Shown here piece after piece: positions 1 to 13,700 of a stretch of 64,000 bases of DNA. The stretch is from contig OX638157.1 of the NCBI GenBank assembly GCA_951804945.1, positions 62,744,001-62,808,000 of the forward strand, read 5' to 3'. Origin of the DNA: Podarcis cretensis (lineage: Eukaryota). The number at the start of each line of letters is the position of its first letter. Position 1 is the stretch's first letter. A model generated the notes under the pieces. It was not told the origin of the DNA and made no database searches. It saw nothing but the letters and a program-made list of their open reading frames with translations. A program made the translations under genes and the position numbers.

Positions 1-123
1 CGCTAAAAGCCGCTAATAGTGCTAATCCGCTAAGCCGTCAATGGGCTTGCTTTGCAAGACAAAAAAACCGCTAGACGAAGAGAATCGCGGAACGGATTCT
101 TTTCGTCTTGCGAGGCACCACTG
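1..123. mobile_element. Tc1/mariner-type MITE family B, right end (cut by the window edge)
   Basis: ...TTCGTCTTGCGAGGCACCACTG|TA, same as 7096-7421. Confidence 0.85.
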
Positions 124-144
124 TATGTGTATATTTATGCCAAT

Positions 145-1730
145 GCATTTTTTTACCAAGCAGGTTTAATGTAAGGCAGCCATAACACTCATGCCAGCTC
201 ACCCCTTGCTAAATTTGGGTATTGGTTATGATACTTAACATGTGTGTGTGTGTACTTGTATGAATAAGGCATCACAAAATCATTTGTAAAATGATAACAA
301 ACAGGACAGGACTTATACACTGAAGTAGAATGCCATTTCCCCTTTAAACTAATAGTTAATTGTGAACTTCGAAGTTCAGAACTGTATTAAAAAATTACAA
401 GTGTGCAAAGACTATTCGTCAGACACATTCCATTTACTTTCAGAAAAAAAAGAAATCCTTTAGTTTACATATTCAGATTTTTTCAAGATAAAGTACAACA
501 GAATGTTACATAACATATTTGAACACGTAAGAAACAAGGCACAAAAGAAAATATAAAAGTTTCATAGAGCACTTGGAACACCCAAGTAATTCTGAGTAGT
601 GTAACAAGTCAACATAAGGCAAATACTAAAGAAAATCTATTACAGTATTAAATAATTTAGTTACGCAAGTCTGATCCTTGGAAAGACTGTCAGTCTTTTT
701 GGAAGGAGCTGAGCACCCCGAAAGGATGCACCAGTTGTAGGGTAATGCCCACTTTTTGCTAAAGGAACACTTGCTAAAAATGGCACGAGTTTTCACCTTA
801 TAAAAGTGTATTAAGATCTGTGCAAACTCCTCTTTCAAAGTAAATTAAAGTTAGCTACATATAATTTCAGATCATGGAATGCTTCAGAAACCACAAATGA
901 AAGTCACTTTTAATGATGCATTAGAATGCACCCCTCAACTCCAACTTCTGAATTTCTTTCAGGAAGAAACTGCAATCAGGCTCAGAAAGATGAAATGATA
1001 TATAAATATTTACAGAATAGAGAAAGTTCCATAAAAGATTAGAAAATCCAGTAAGTGTGGTGGATGCTGAAAAGCTCTTGAAGAAAGTATCCTATAGAAC
1101 AAACACTTCCATAGCATACTAAGACAATAATGAAAGTGAGGCTTTGGTTAAAAAACAAAGGCTGCAAAATGTCAGCTGTGGTGAGAAGAGTTCAAGCATC
1201 AAATGTATAGCATTTCCCACGCAAGAGGTACCCTTGATACTCTGATTCCATCTGCATTTGGTTTGTCTTTGTACCATGTAAAAATAGTAACAATAATATT
1301 CCAATAGTCAAGACAAATTATTTGGAATGAAAGCAATGTCAATACCTGCATCCTGAACATGCCAAAAACATATATGGAAATGGAAAGGAAATGGTACTGT
1401 GCCCAGGCTTATTACAACAAAGAGCTCAGGGCCTCCTAGAGCAAGAACCAAAATTTGTAAGCGCCAATTATTTTTCAGTTGCCACATTTCTAATGTAACC
1501 TGCCAGCTGGCTGCAGAGTATTCCATTACAAATAAATGTACATAAATTGCATTTCTCATTTTTAAAAAGTGCATAATGTTGGTCCGTTTTTAATTAAAAA
1601 ACATTTTAGCTAATAGATTAAGACCAAACTCTTTGCCCTGTGAAGATACACAGTACCTTATATGATTATAATTTAGTAACTTGGGGGCACCCCCCCCCCG
1701 AGTCTATAGAAGAGAAGGATATCTTTGTAA
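145..1730 (-). other. Probable KLHL5 3' UTR; candidate poly(A) signal ATTAAA at 165-170 (minus)
   Basis: AT-rich stretch without recognisable TEs after the stop codon; the 3' end is uncertain. Confidence 0.45.
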
Positions 1731-1787
1731 TTAGAGCTTTACAGTCACGACACATGCCCCAGCTCTTCCGAGGCACAATGGTGCAAC
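1731..1787 (-). CDS. KLHL5: KLHL5 last coding exon ([18 protein letters not shown])
   Basis: ttacag acceptor at 1788-1790; TAA at 1731-1733. Confidence 0.95.
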   Translation of the reverse strand, partial: VAPLCLGRAGACVVTVKL

Positions 1788-4700
1788 CTGTAATGGTGAG
1801 AAGAAGGTGGAAAAGGGTCAGTGACAAAGCACGCAAATATTTTATTTTAAAAAATTAGAGCCACAGTAATATGAATGTTGAGCAAGAGAACGAATCACTT
1901 GCTACCTATTTTTCAATCTGTGCTTAATTTGAGCCAGAGGTCACCTGGACTCAACCCCATCGTTTTTAAAATATAATGTCAAAGCTCAATTATATAAATT
2001 ATGGAGCAGGATATTAATACAGGGCATAGGTTTCCTGTTAGCAGGGACAGGAAGATTATACTTTTTATGTCACCTTTTGCATACATCAGATCAAGGGTAC
2101 GCTACCTTCTAGGATTTCAGGGGCCATATTCCAGCCATGGTTACGGTCACAGAATCATAGAGTTGGAAGGGACCCCAGGGGTCAACTAGTCCAACCCCCT
2201 GCAATGCAACAATCTCAACTAAAGTATCTGTGGCAGATGGCCATTCAACCTCTGTTTAAAAACCTCCAAGGAAGGAGAGAATCTACCACTTCTCAAGGGA
2301 GTCTGTTCCACTAACAGCTCTTACTGTTAGAGAGCTCTTCTTTCCAGAGGTAAACATGGACAGAGCAACTCTGTTCTTCATTCATTCAAGCAAGAGGCAT
2401 TACCAGAGTTCAAGGACATATTCCATCTAGGCAAAAACGTGGAGGATACCTGGCCAAGGAGGAGCTGTGGCCAGAGAGAGGCTTGGACAACTGCATTTAG
2501 TCCCTGGGCATGAGGTGCCCCTACATTAGAATTATTTTGCTGGGTCTACAGAGAAAAACTTGATTACTTAGCTAGAACAAAAAGAGCTACTTCTAAGTTT
2601 AGATTTCATGTGCACTTTCCAGTGGTAGCCACTGGATATGAAATGGCTACCTATCCTGTGGCAGATGGTAAGGTTTGCTGTGTGCTCCCAAGCTGGATAA
2701 AAATGGGAGTGATTCTGCATATATGTAGAATGCTTTCACCACATATCTGTCGTCACATACAGATGGTGAATATTTGAGATATGGAATCAGTTTTTTGGTA
2801 GGCTTGAGTTCCAGTACTTCCCATTTTAAATAATCACATTTCCCTTTTCTTCCACCTTTCTTTCAGAAAGCATGTAGGAAAGGACAGAGGCTTGGTTGCA
2901 CCAGGAAAAGAAGATGTTGGCCATGCTGCTCAAATCATATGTAGGGAGGGGCAGGAAGTAGCAGAACAATCAGAAGTCTGTTCATGATGGATGGCTCAGT
3001 CAGTGGAGCATGAAACTCTTAATCTCTGGGTCACAGGTTGAAGCCCCACATTAGGCAAAAGATTCCTGCATTGCAGGGCTTTGGACTAGATGACCCTCAA
3101 GGTTCCTTTCAGCCCTACAGTTCTGTGATTCTTATTTACACATGGTTTCACTTACTCACCTGGGATGACTGAATTTGAGCTGAAGGCAGGCTTCCAAAAG
3201 AGGCTGAGATTACTCTTAAAAACAGCAACATTTGAACACTGATGTTGCCTTCTACTAACTGAGATGATGGAGCCAACTACCTGCTATTGACTACTATGAC
3301 TTGGAGTGGCTCTCCCAAGGTCACAGAGAGCTCTGCCAGCCAGACTTGCTATGGGATCACCTTGAACAGAAGATGCCAGAAATTCAACCCACCATTGATG
3401 TATGAACCCTCCAAACTTTAAGCAATACCTGTGTCCACTCATTTGTCTGGGGGTCATAAGACTCCACTGTGTTAAGGTAGGTCTGTCCGTCATATCCCCC
3501 AACAGCATACAATCTGTCTCCAAGAAGGCAGACTCCCACTGCATCTCTGCTGATGCTCATGGAAGCTACGGCAGTCCACATATCAGTTTTGGGATCATAC
3601 CTGAATTAAAAACAACAGCGTAAGGGTTAGCTCCATATGTATGAAGTTCTGCCAAGAGAGTATTATATATGCTATTCTAATTTTTCCTGTTACTCCACAC
3701 CCCATATAGTATTTCAGAACTTCTTCTGACTGATTTCATTGTAACTTCACTTAGATCTTTTGCTTTCTATCATCACTGTTGGTACCGTTCTTACACATAC
3801 ACAGACCCTGATTGGAAGTGCATTCCCGGCAAGCTATTTGTCAAATTGAGAACATGTTCATCCTACCCCTTAACACATTTATCTGAATCAGCTTAATCCA
3901 CTTTTCCCCATTTTGTCCAAAATGAAGATCTGTGGTTTAATGCCATGGTCCGACATAATGTTTTCAGACACTGAGCCACGTCTCCCCATTTTGGACATAA
4001 TGGAGAACTGTAGTTTTAAGCTAACCAAGATATGAATAACAAACAGGAGAGCAGAGGAATGAAAGCACAGGCCTGGTGCTCATTGTTAGCTTATTAAACT
4101 GATTTAGCAAGCCAGGAATCTACATCTGAGCTGGGTGAGACGTATGATAGATTCTCTTGTTGCAGACTGCTTCTTGAAAACAAATTCTTTATAGAATTTG
4201 ACATCTCTCATGTAATTTCTTTTTTGCTGCTTTATTTTTAAAATTAATAGCCTCCATAGAATTTGCACTTCTGTTTTGGTTAACTAATGTCTTTGTTTAC
4301 TGACATTCTGACCCAAGCTGGTGGATTTTTACTACTATCCTTTTGGTTAACAGCATCTTGCCCAAAGCCACACAGCAAATCTCCAGTTGTGGTGAAACAC
4401 AAACCCTGGCCCATGCCAAATCTTTCTGAATGGTGTCTCTTGCAACTGTTCTATAAAAAGTGCTACCATTGCAGAAATACTCCAAATCAATTGCTTCTAC
4501 ATAACCTGTATCTTTTACTTTTTACCTCCTTTTCTGCATCCTCCTGCACTATATGCTCAAGTGTTAAATGCAGATAATTTTAGGATGCTGTAAATGAGGG
4601 AAATGGGACAGTGAGAACCTTAAGTATCTTTATTGCGTTAATACCTTTCCACACAGTCAGACAGCCTGGATGTCAAGTTAGAAGCTGGTGCATCATGGCC

Positions 4701-7700
4701 TCCAATAGCATAGAGAAACCCATTCCAGGTGGTCACCCCAACGCCACCTCTTCGTTTTGACATCTGAGCACAGAGTGTCCACTTGTTAGTATGAGGATCA
4801 AAGCATTCTACAGATTTGAGACAAGAACTTCCATCTCGACCACCAACTGCGTATAACCTGTAAGCATACAAATACATGTATGAAATACTTTCTGAACACA
4901 CACACACAAAATATTCAAGTAGGCATTGAATTAGATGGCTTACTGCAGAATAAAAATAGCATTAAGTCTAACACTTTAAGATCTTCCTCAGGGACAACGA
5001 AATCTGCTGCTGCCTTTGCTTCAGAGAGAACTCTCTTGGGATCCTATTTCTGAAAGAGTAAGTCTCACCCATTTTCTGATGCTTCTCTTAAAACCTACCT
5101 ATAGTTTCTTGGTAACAAAGTAGCAGTTTTAAACAACAGCTTTGTCTCAATTCATTTCCACCTCAGTAGGTGGTGCAGCTTGTCCTTTGATGTTGCATTT
5201 AAATCTGAAAGTAATAATGTAATTCTAACCACATTAATGGGCTCATTTGTACAACAGATTTGAAAGTTTTATAAATGTTACATTTTTCATCCCATTACTT
5301 GTGTGGTTCTTTTCTATTTCTAAATAAACGAAGATGCAAAAAAACCCAAAAATATCAAAAAAGGAAGCATATAATTTATGAAAAAGTGCATTATAAAAAA
5401 CAACACAGTAAGAGGGTTTCCTACAATGATAGCTATTCCGATACTTCAAGGAAGGAATAATATTTCTCAGAAGAAACAAGAACTTCTTGTTTTTCTTTCT
5501 TAAAGTGGATAAAATTGTCAGTTTCTCTTCAGCCATCTTACTGCTAAAGACAATTGCTTATGTTACCATTTGAGTTTTCAGGATTTTATACAGCATTATC
5601 AATTTGTTATTAAAAATACATTGCTAGATTTGACTAAGTCAAATTACTGGAACCATTTCTAGGACAAAAGAAGTCCTGCCTGCAGTCCTGAAACTATTAA
5701 ACATCCAAGAGGAAATTAACAGTAAGGATTTAATGAGCACTGGATGTTTCCTGATACCCAATGAATATTTTAACAAGAAGTGGATAGGACAAAAACATGC
5801 ATACACAGCATCATTCAAAAGCCAGACACGCTGAACTTCTGGTAGATGACATCTTTCCAGTGTTACTAAATTTCCTTTATATATGAGTTTTGAGTAAAAT
5901 GTTATGGAATATTTGCCCTTATTTCTCTCTTTAGTCCTACTTACTTTCCACTTAATACTGCTACACCCACTGTGCTCCTTGGGGTTGACATACTAGCCAC
6001 AAAGTTCCACTGGCGTGCCTGTGGATCCCATCTTTCGACGGTATTCAGATAGCTCCAGCCATCATGTCCTCCTACAGCATACATAGGACCTTCCAGTACT
6101 GCCACCCCTTTGAGTTAAGAAGACACTATTATTTCAGAATGTGAAATGGCCCAATTGTTTATGACATACCGCAGTGGTTTCAAAAACGGTCACATAATCA
6201 AAAATGCTTCGCTCATCTATTTTTCTGAGGAGGAAATCGGAACTAGGGCTTCTACAGAGTATTTTGAGACTCAGATGTAACCCTGGCCAAACTACTGAAA
6301 GGCATCCTACAATACATCCAACATCTTGTCCATCCGTATCTCCACTACATTACAACATATTTTTAAAGGAACATCCATTCATTCCTTTAGTAATTAATTC
6401 ATTAATTTTCTGCCAAAGGAACCGAGGCTGCAGTGTTTATGGGGATGGATAAACTGCCTCTCAGGAAAGCCTGCCTACTGTCATTGATCACCTCATTTAA
6501 GAATCCTGATAATTTCACCCCAAAGTTCAAAAGCTGCTGGTGTACAGGAACAGAGAAACACTTGAGCCTTGACAAGCAGACATATCACAATATTTCTATA
6601 ATATCCCTATCCTGCAACTGCCAATTAAGAATACGAAAACTCTCCAGTCCCTCACTCAAAATTAATGAAATGGGAAAAAGGGGGGAAAAAAGATTATCTC
6701 TTGGTTTTGGAGCCATTAGGTTTTGACTGCTACAATGTTTCCAGTCTTCTTTCTGTCAAAAGAAGGTCCAGTGACTTTCTCCCACTCTTCAAAGGAAAGT
6801 CAATCTCGATACAGTGGTACCTCGGGTTACATACGCTTCAGGTTACACACTCCGCTAACCCAGAAATAGTGCTTCAGGTTAAGAACTTTGCTTCAGGATA
6901 AGAACAGAAATCGGGCTCTGGTGGCGCGGCGGCAGCAGGAGGTCCCATTAGCTAAAGTGGTGCCTCAGGTTAACAGTTTCAGGTTAAGAACAGACCTCCG
7001 GAACGAATTAAGTACTTAACACGAGGTACCACTGTATTTGGGGGGGGGGGTGTTTTAAGATGCCGTATAAAAAGTGTCTCAGAGAATTGCACATACAGTG
7101 GTGCCCCGCAAGACGAACGCCTCGCAAGACGGAAAACCCGCTAGACGAAAGGGTTTTCCGTTTTGGAGGCGCTTCGCAAGACGAAAATGTCTTGCGAGTT
7201 CCTGCGGGGTTTTTCCCCCTTTCCCCCCCTTTTCCTAAGCCCTAAGCTGCTTATCAGCTGATCTGCTGATAAGCCGCTTATCAGCTGATCCGCTAAAAGC
7301 CGCTAAACCGCTAATAGCGCTAATCCGCTAAGCTGTCAATGGGCTTGCTTCGCAAGACGAAAAAACCGCTAGACGAAGAGCCTCACGGAATGGATTAATT
7401 TCGTCTTGCGAGGCACCACTGTACCTACATGCAATATAGTGACCATACTTTTACTTCCCAAGCATGACACATAGGAAAGGATAATTCTGGAGATGACAAT
7501 TAAATTAAAACCTTTAGTTTGATTCTGATTTTTGTCTCTTACAAATTACCTACTACTGATATCGAATGTACCAAAGAAGCCCAAGTAGCAATTTCAAGGA
7601 AGCATGTCATTGAAATGAGCTGATCACACCACATATCTTGCTTTTAGTTATAAAAATAGATACATACCCAGACCATGTCGGTGAGTGGACATAGGTGGCA

Positions 7701-10700
7701 TCACACTCCAAGTTTTTGTTTTTGGGTTGTAACACTCCACTGTATTCAGTGTTTTCAGTCCATCTCTACCACCAACAACATACAACTTATCATCTAATAC
7801 TGCCACTCCAAATTGTAGTCTTCTTCCATTCATATTTGCTACAGGAGTCCACATATTGGTACGGAGATCATACTTTTCAATGCTTGTTGCTCCTTAGCAG
7901 TAGTATAAAATAATATTAATTTAAAAACTCAAATCTTTGTGATCACTTTCCACAAAAATACAATAGATATGGTTCAGATAGTGATAAACAATCTGATTAC
8001 TTCTTTAAAAAGTGAATTATTCCCAACATACACACACGATACATTAGTTCTCATGTAGTTTCAAAGTACATACTTGAGATGTGATGTCAATAGCGATTAC
8101 ATAAATAAGGTTCCAAATAATCATTTGCTAAATATTTTGTCCTGCCAAATCTGAACGGACTGTTAACAACAATTTATGGACAGATATAAAATCAACTAGT
8201 TTGTAGAACTATGTTCTGTCACACTTTCCTGGAATTTATATTTGCTCTCTCCTCAATATGTGTAACAAAATTTCTTCATTCATGCAATATGAAATATTAA
8301 CTGAAGCTATAAAGAAATGTTCTGCAAGTTCAGCTGTATATTCAGAATCCATATTCAACACAGCATGAATGGTCACTTACAGGTGAAACTCGGAAAATTA
8401 GAATACAGTGGTGCCCCGCAAGACGAACGCCTCGGAAGACGAAAAACTCGCTAGACGAAGGAGTTTTTCGTTTTCTTAGCCGCTTCGCAAGACGCATCTC
8501 CCTATGGGCTTGCTTCGCAAAACGAAGCTTGCCTCGCAAGCTCTGGGGATAGCGGGGAAGCGCAGCGCGTCTTCCCCGCTGTTCCCGGACCTCTTTTGAA
8601 GCAAGGGGCGGCAGGGAGAAGATCGCTTCTCCCCATTGCCAGCCCCGCAATCTCCGGGGACAGAGGGGAAGGCGTGCCAGGGAGAAGACTGCTTCTCCCC
8701 GTTGCCTGCCCCGCAATCTCCGGGGACAGAGGGGAAGGCGTGCGCCTTCCCCTCTGTCCCCGGACCTGTTTAAAGCAAGGGGCGGCAGGGAGAAGATTGC
8801 TTCTCCCCATTGCCTGCCCCGCAATCTCCGGGGACAGAGGGGAAGGCGCGCGCCTTCCCCTCTGTCCCCGGACCTGGTAAAAGCAAGGGGCGGCGGGGAG
8901 AAGATTGCTTCTCCCCGTTGCCTGCCCCGCCTTCCCCTCTGTCCCCGGAGATTGCGGGGCAGGCAACGGGGAGAAGCAATCTTCTCCTCGCCGCCCCTTG
9001 CTTTAAACAGGTCCAGGGACAGAGGGGAAGGCGCGCGCCTTCCCCTCTGTCCCCAGACGGTCTCCATAGGAACGCATTGATTGATTTTCAATGCATTCCT
9101 ATGGGAAACCGTGCTTCGCAAGATGAAAAACTCGCAAGAAGAAAAAACTTGCGGAACGAATTAATTTCGTCTTGCGAGGCACCACTGTATCATGGAAAAG
9201 TTCATTTATTTCAGTAATTCAACTTAAAAGGTGAAACTAATATATTTGCAGTCCTTGTTTTGCTAATTTCATTTAATATTCTAATTTTCTGAGATGGCTA
9301 ATTTGGGGTTTTCATCAGCTGTAAGCCATGATCATCACAATTATAACAAATAACGGCTTGAAATATCTCGCTTTGCATGTCATGAGTCTATCTCATATAT
9401 TAGTTTCACCTTTTAAATTGAATTACTGAAATAAATGAACTTTTCCATGATATTCTAATTTTCCAAGTTTCACCTGAATGCAATCATTACAAGAACTTTT
9501 AAATAAAATACTTTGGTAACTAGTAATTATTTAAATATACTGAGATAGCTTCGGGGGTTTTTGAACTATGAATACACAGCATTGTATGTATACATCTTTA
9601 TTAACAATATTAATTTCTAGGATTATTTTTTGTCTTATTTCATTGAATATTTGTGTGCACAGTGGTGAAATAATATCATATAATAGTTTGTACTATAACT
9701 TCTTTTTCACTTGCATTTTTTCTTAATCAAAACAGGCAAACTTGTTGAACTTGATTAAGGTAAGGCTGGTATATTTTCACCAATAATATAACGGCCATCA
9801 TGTGGTTATGTTTCCATTGATCATTTCTTAGATTAAGAAAGATATGAGATTGTAAAAGCAATGAGAAGTTCTGCATCCAGCCTAGGTGTGCTATTTTCAT
9901 GGAACACATACCGTATTTTTCACCCCATAGGACGCACTTTTTCCCCTCCAAAAATGAAGGGGAAATCTGGGTGCGTCCTATGGGGCGAATGCAGGCTTTC
10001 GCTGAAGCTTGGAGAGCGAGAGGGGTCGGTGCGCACCGACCCCTCTCGCTCTCCAGGCTTCAGGAAGACATCCGCAGCCTAGGCAGCCCTGCAGGAGGTC
10101 TGGCAGGGCTGTCTAGGCTGCGGATAGCAGCCTGCTTCCCGGAGCATCGGGCGCCCGGCGCTTCGGGAGCACATCCGCAGCCTGGGCAGCCCTGCCGGAG
10201 GTCCGGCAGGGATGTCTAGGCTGCGGATAGCAGCCTGCTTCCCAGAGCGTCGGGCGCCCTGAAAGCAAAGCGCCCGGCGCTTCGGGAACACATCCGCAGC
10301 CTAGGCAGCCCTGTGGGAGTTCTCCGCAGGGCTCCCCACGCTGCGGATAGCAGCCTGCCACCTGGCAGGCGGTGCGCCCTGAAGCAGAGCACCCCGTGCG
10401 CCGGACAGACATCCGCAGCATGGGGAGCCCTGCAGGAGTTCCCTGCAGGGCTCCCCACACTGCGGATAGCAGCCTGCCGCCTTAGGCAGACATAGGCCAG
10501 CCCCACAAGCTCGGGGGACAGCAGGGAGGCGCAGCGCCGTTCCTCGACCTGGTTCAGTTTCCCTGACCTGCTTTTGGGGGGGAAATAAAGGAAAATTTTT
10601 TTCCTTTATTCCCCCCCCCCCAAAAAAAAAAAACCTAGGTGCATCCTATGGGACGGAGCGTCCTATGGGACGAAAAATACGGTACATTCCAGCAAGCTGA

Positions 10701-13700
10701 ACCCTTCAGTTCCACCCACCCAAACCCCACCCTCCTGTATTTCAGGTGGGTTTACAGGAAGGGGGGGGGGGTTACATGGTTGATATACATTTGTATGTTC
10801 ATACTTAATCTTATTACTATAAGCCACAAATATTTTAAACACAGTTGCATAGTGCTTCACAGATTTTCCTTTGGGGGGAGGTGGGGGAGGGGAGAAGAGA
10901 ACAGGGTGGTATTTACAAAATGCTAGCTAACAGGCATCCTTGCAGCCGGCTTTTATCTGGCTGAAACTAAGTCACACATTCGTAGGGCCAGTTTTCAGCT
11001 CTTGCACAAAGAGCAAAAAATATACTTTTGCACTGAACAGGTGAAAACACTTACAAATTAGCCTCTCAACTCCTGAAGTCATATGTGCATTTTCATCTGT
11101 AGTACAGGCATCCTATAATCCATACCTTTAGTCGCATCCATGCCTCCAACTGCAAACAACACGCCAACTGTAGATTTTCTAGGTTTTGTACGAGGACTTT
11201 GCAACATGGGCCGCCTCTCTGGCAACAGATGGTATTTCATTGCTTCCATAATGAGTTTTTGACATTCAATGTCATCTCTGAAGAGTGCATTGTTTTCCAT
11301 ATCTGCTAAAAACTAGAAAAAGGAGAAGACGATGTGCTGAACTTGAGTAAAGCAACAGGAATATTCTGAACATAAAATGCCAAATTAACACAACTAACCT
11401 ACAATCAATACAGAGAGTAAAATGTTGGTGTAAAGGCAGGGATTTTGATAGAGAAGATTACAGAGATAAATGAACACAACTTCTGTTCTTTAAAGTTTAG
11501 CTAATACCTTCCCTGGGTGGGCATTTGGATCAGTATTGCAGTACTAAGGCTGTTTTCCTGATTAAAATTTACACACACACCCCAATCTGCTTTTTGTTCT
11601 TTTACAGGAAATTACATGTACACAGGTTTTCGTGTGTGCATGCCCATCATTTGGAACAGCATTTATGTCTTCCTTTTGTTATGATCTTTCAAACATACAG
11701 ATAAAATTTTATACAGTACTGCTATCTAGTTGATAGACTCCAACCACTGCCAACCTCCAAAACACTTTATAATGAAAGGAACAGAATACAGAATGAAATC
11801 ACATTGTACTGTGCCAGTTTTCAACAAAGACCAATAAACCTTGGTCAAGGTTGACTTGGCATGCTTTATTCCTAACATACCTGTACTGGCTGCAACATAA
11901 CACTTCTCCCATAATGTTATGGCTCCTTTGAATAAATTATTGTGATTCTTGATTTAGTGAATCTTGCTTCAGTTTGCAGTATGTAACTTTTGCTGTATGC
12001 AAACCATTAATAATTCAGCATACTGCCTATCTTAGTTTTGATCTTGGTCACTTTCAACCACATGCTACAAATTCATAGTCATAATAAATAACAAGATGAA
12101 AAATGAAAAAATCATCTTCAGATACTCTGAAGCAGAGGTCGCTTCAACCTTATAACTGTTGATGACTGTTATGGAAGTTGGTTCCATAGGGAAGGGCAAG
12201 GGATTTTTAAAGGGATAGATGACCAGAATTAGCTTTAGTATGTATAAAGGGACATGAATCCAGTATCCCTATTCAGACCATGTCTCTCCATAGTTTTTAG
12301 TTTGGTAATTAGTATCTGATGAAGTGTGTATTACACATGAAAGCTCATACCTTGAAAGCTTATATTTAGTCGCTTAAAGGTGCCACTGGAATTATTAAAA
12401 AAATTATTTTCCATCTTTCATCTTGTTATTTATTATCACATGCTATAAGGCATACTTTTAGAAAGATGTTCATGGCAGGTGGCCTTCATCTTGGTGAATC
12501 ATGTTTGAATATGCTGCTTCATTAGCTTTAAGTGTTTTACTAAATTTTGATTTTCTTTTGCAAGCTGTCCTGGGAATTGGTTTTGAAGGGCAGGGTAAAG
12601 AGAAAACAATTTGCACCGGCTTGTTCTGTAACAGGGATGGGGAAATTCCAGCATACAGGCCAGCTTTGGCCTTTCCTGAACAAGGCAGGACTGAACTCCT
12701 CAGGCATCAGTTGATACAAACCACTTCCTGAAAATTGAAACCCCTGCTAAAATGGGAGGGGGGGCACTCAATTTTAGCTGTGGTTTCAGTGGAAATCACT
12801 CCTGGAGCAAGGATGAACAACTGATAAAACAGGAAAGCCAAATCTGCTTTCTGATTGGTGATGGGGGCAGATGCACCTTGCTGTCTGCACAGTGCTTAGA
12901 AGTCCGGACATCAGAACTTCAAAGTGCCAAATCATCTGACAACATTGTGATATCAGGTGATCCGACAGGTGGGGCTGCCCACATGTCAAATTTCCCCCCT
13001 TGATGTCAATCCTGAAACAGATCTGCCCCACAGAACCAAAAAAATTCCCTACTGCTCCTCTAGAATAACCATGGATGCAATTACCGGTAGTTTCTTTTCC
13101 TACACAAGACCCATATACAAAATTAATCAGAATCTTTGTCTTAAGAACATTGAGTAAATGTAAAATATGAAAGATGTTCAAAACAAACATTTATTTATAA
13201 AAGAACCAATTCAGCTATAGGTCCTCGGGGAAACCGCTCCCTAATTGTTAAAAGCTTACATTACCACAGTGTGTTATGGGTGGCACTGTATTAATGGTAA
13301 GCTGATTCCCTGCATGAATGCAGAGGTTTCCAAGTGGGAGGCAACCAAACCATATCACCTTAATTTACTGGTATCAATTGGTGAAAGATGAAAGAAGAGC
13401 TGTACAGATTGCAAGCATTTATTTACCTGTGGTGCAAGTAATGGCAGCCTGATGTATGCCAGGAGGTTGCTGAGATCCATCTTTCTTTGTTCCAAATCAT
13501 GTCTCACCCACGTAAGCAATGCATTGAGGATGGTCTCTTCATTTGGAATATTCATATCATCACTTGCTAAAAGCTTTGCAATTTCAGTGGCTGGTAACAA
13601 TAAAAATTCTTGGTTTCTAATTACTTCCATGAAATGATCCTACAAAGTTTAACAAACAAAACATCTCAATATTAATGGAGAGACAGACCTTGTAAGGTAT

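Noticed and set aside
2986-3058. tRNA-Lys(CTT) gene
   Set aside because: Degenerate stems and T-loop, and fused to a CR1-like tail, so it is a SINE head
8342-9217. Long repetitive ORFs (259, 154, 135 aa)
   Set aside because: They arise from GC-rich palindromic repeats in a MITE, are open on both strands and show no domain signature
10068-10480. CRISPR-like repeat/spacer appearance
   Set aside because: Vertebrate intron, the spacers are related to each other, there are no cas genes, and the array is bounded by transposon TIRs
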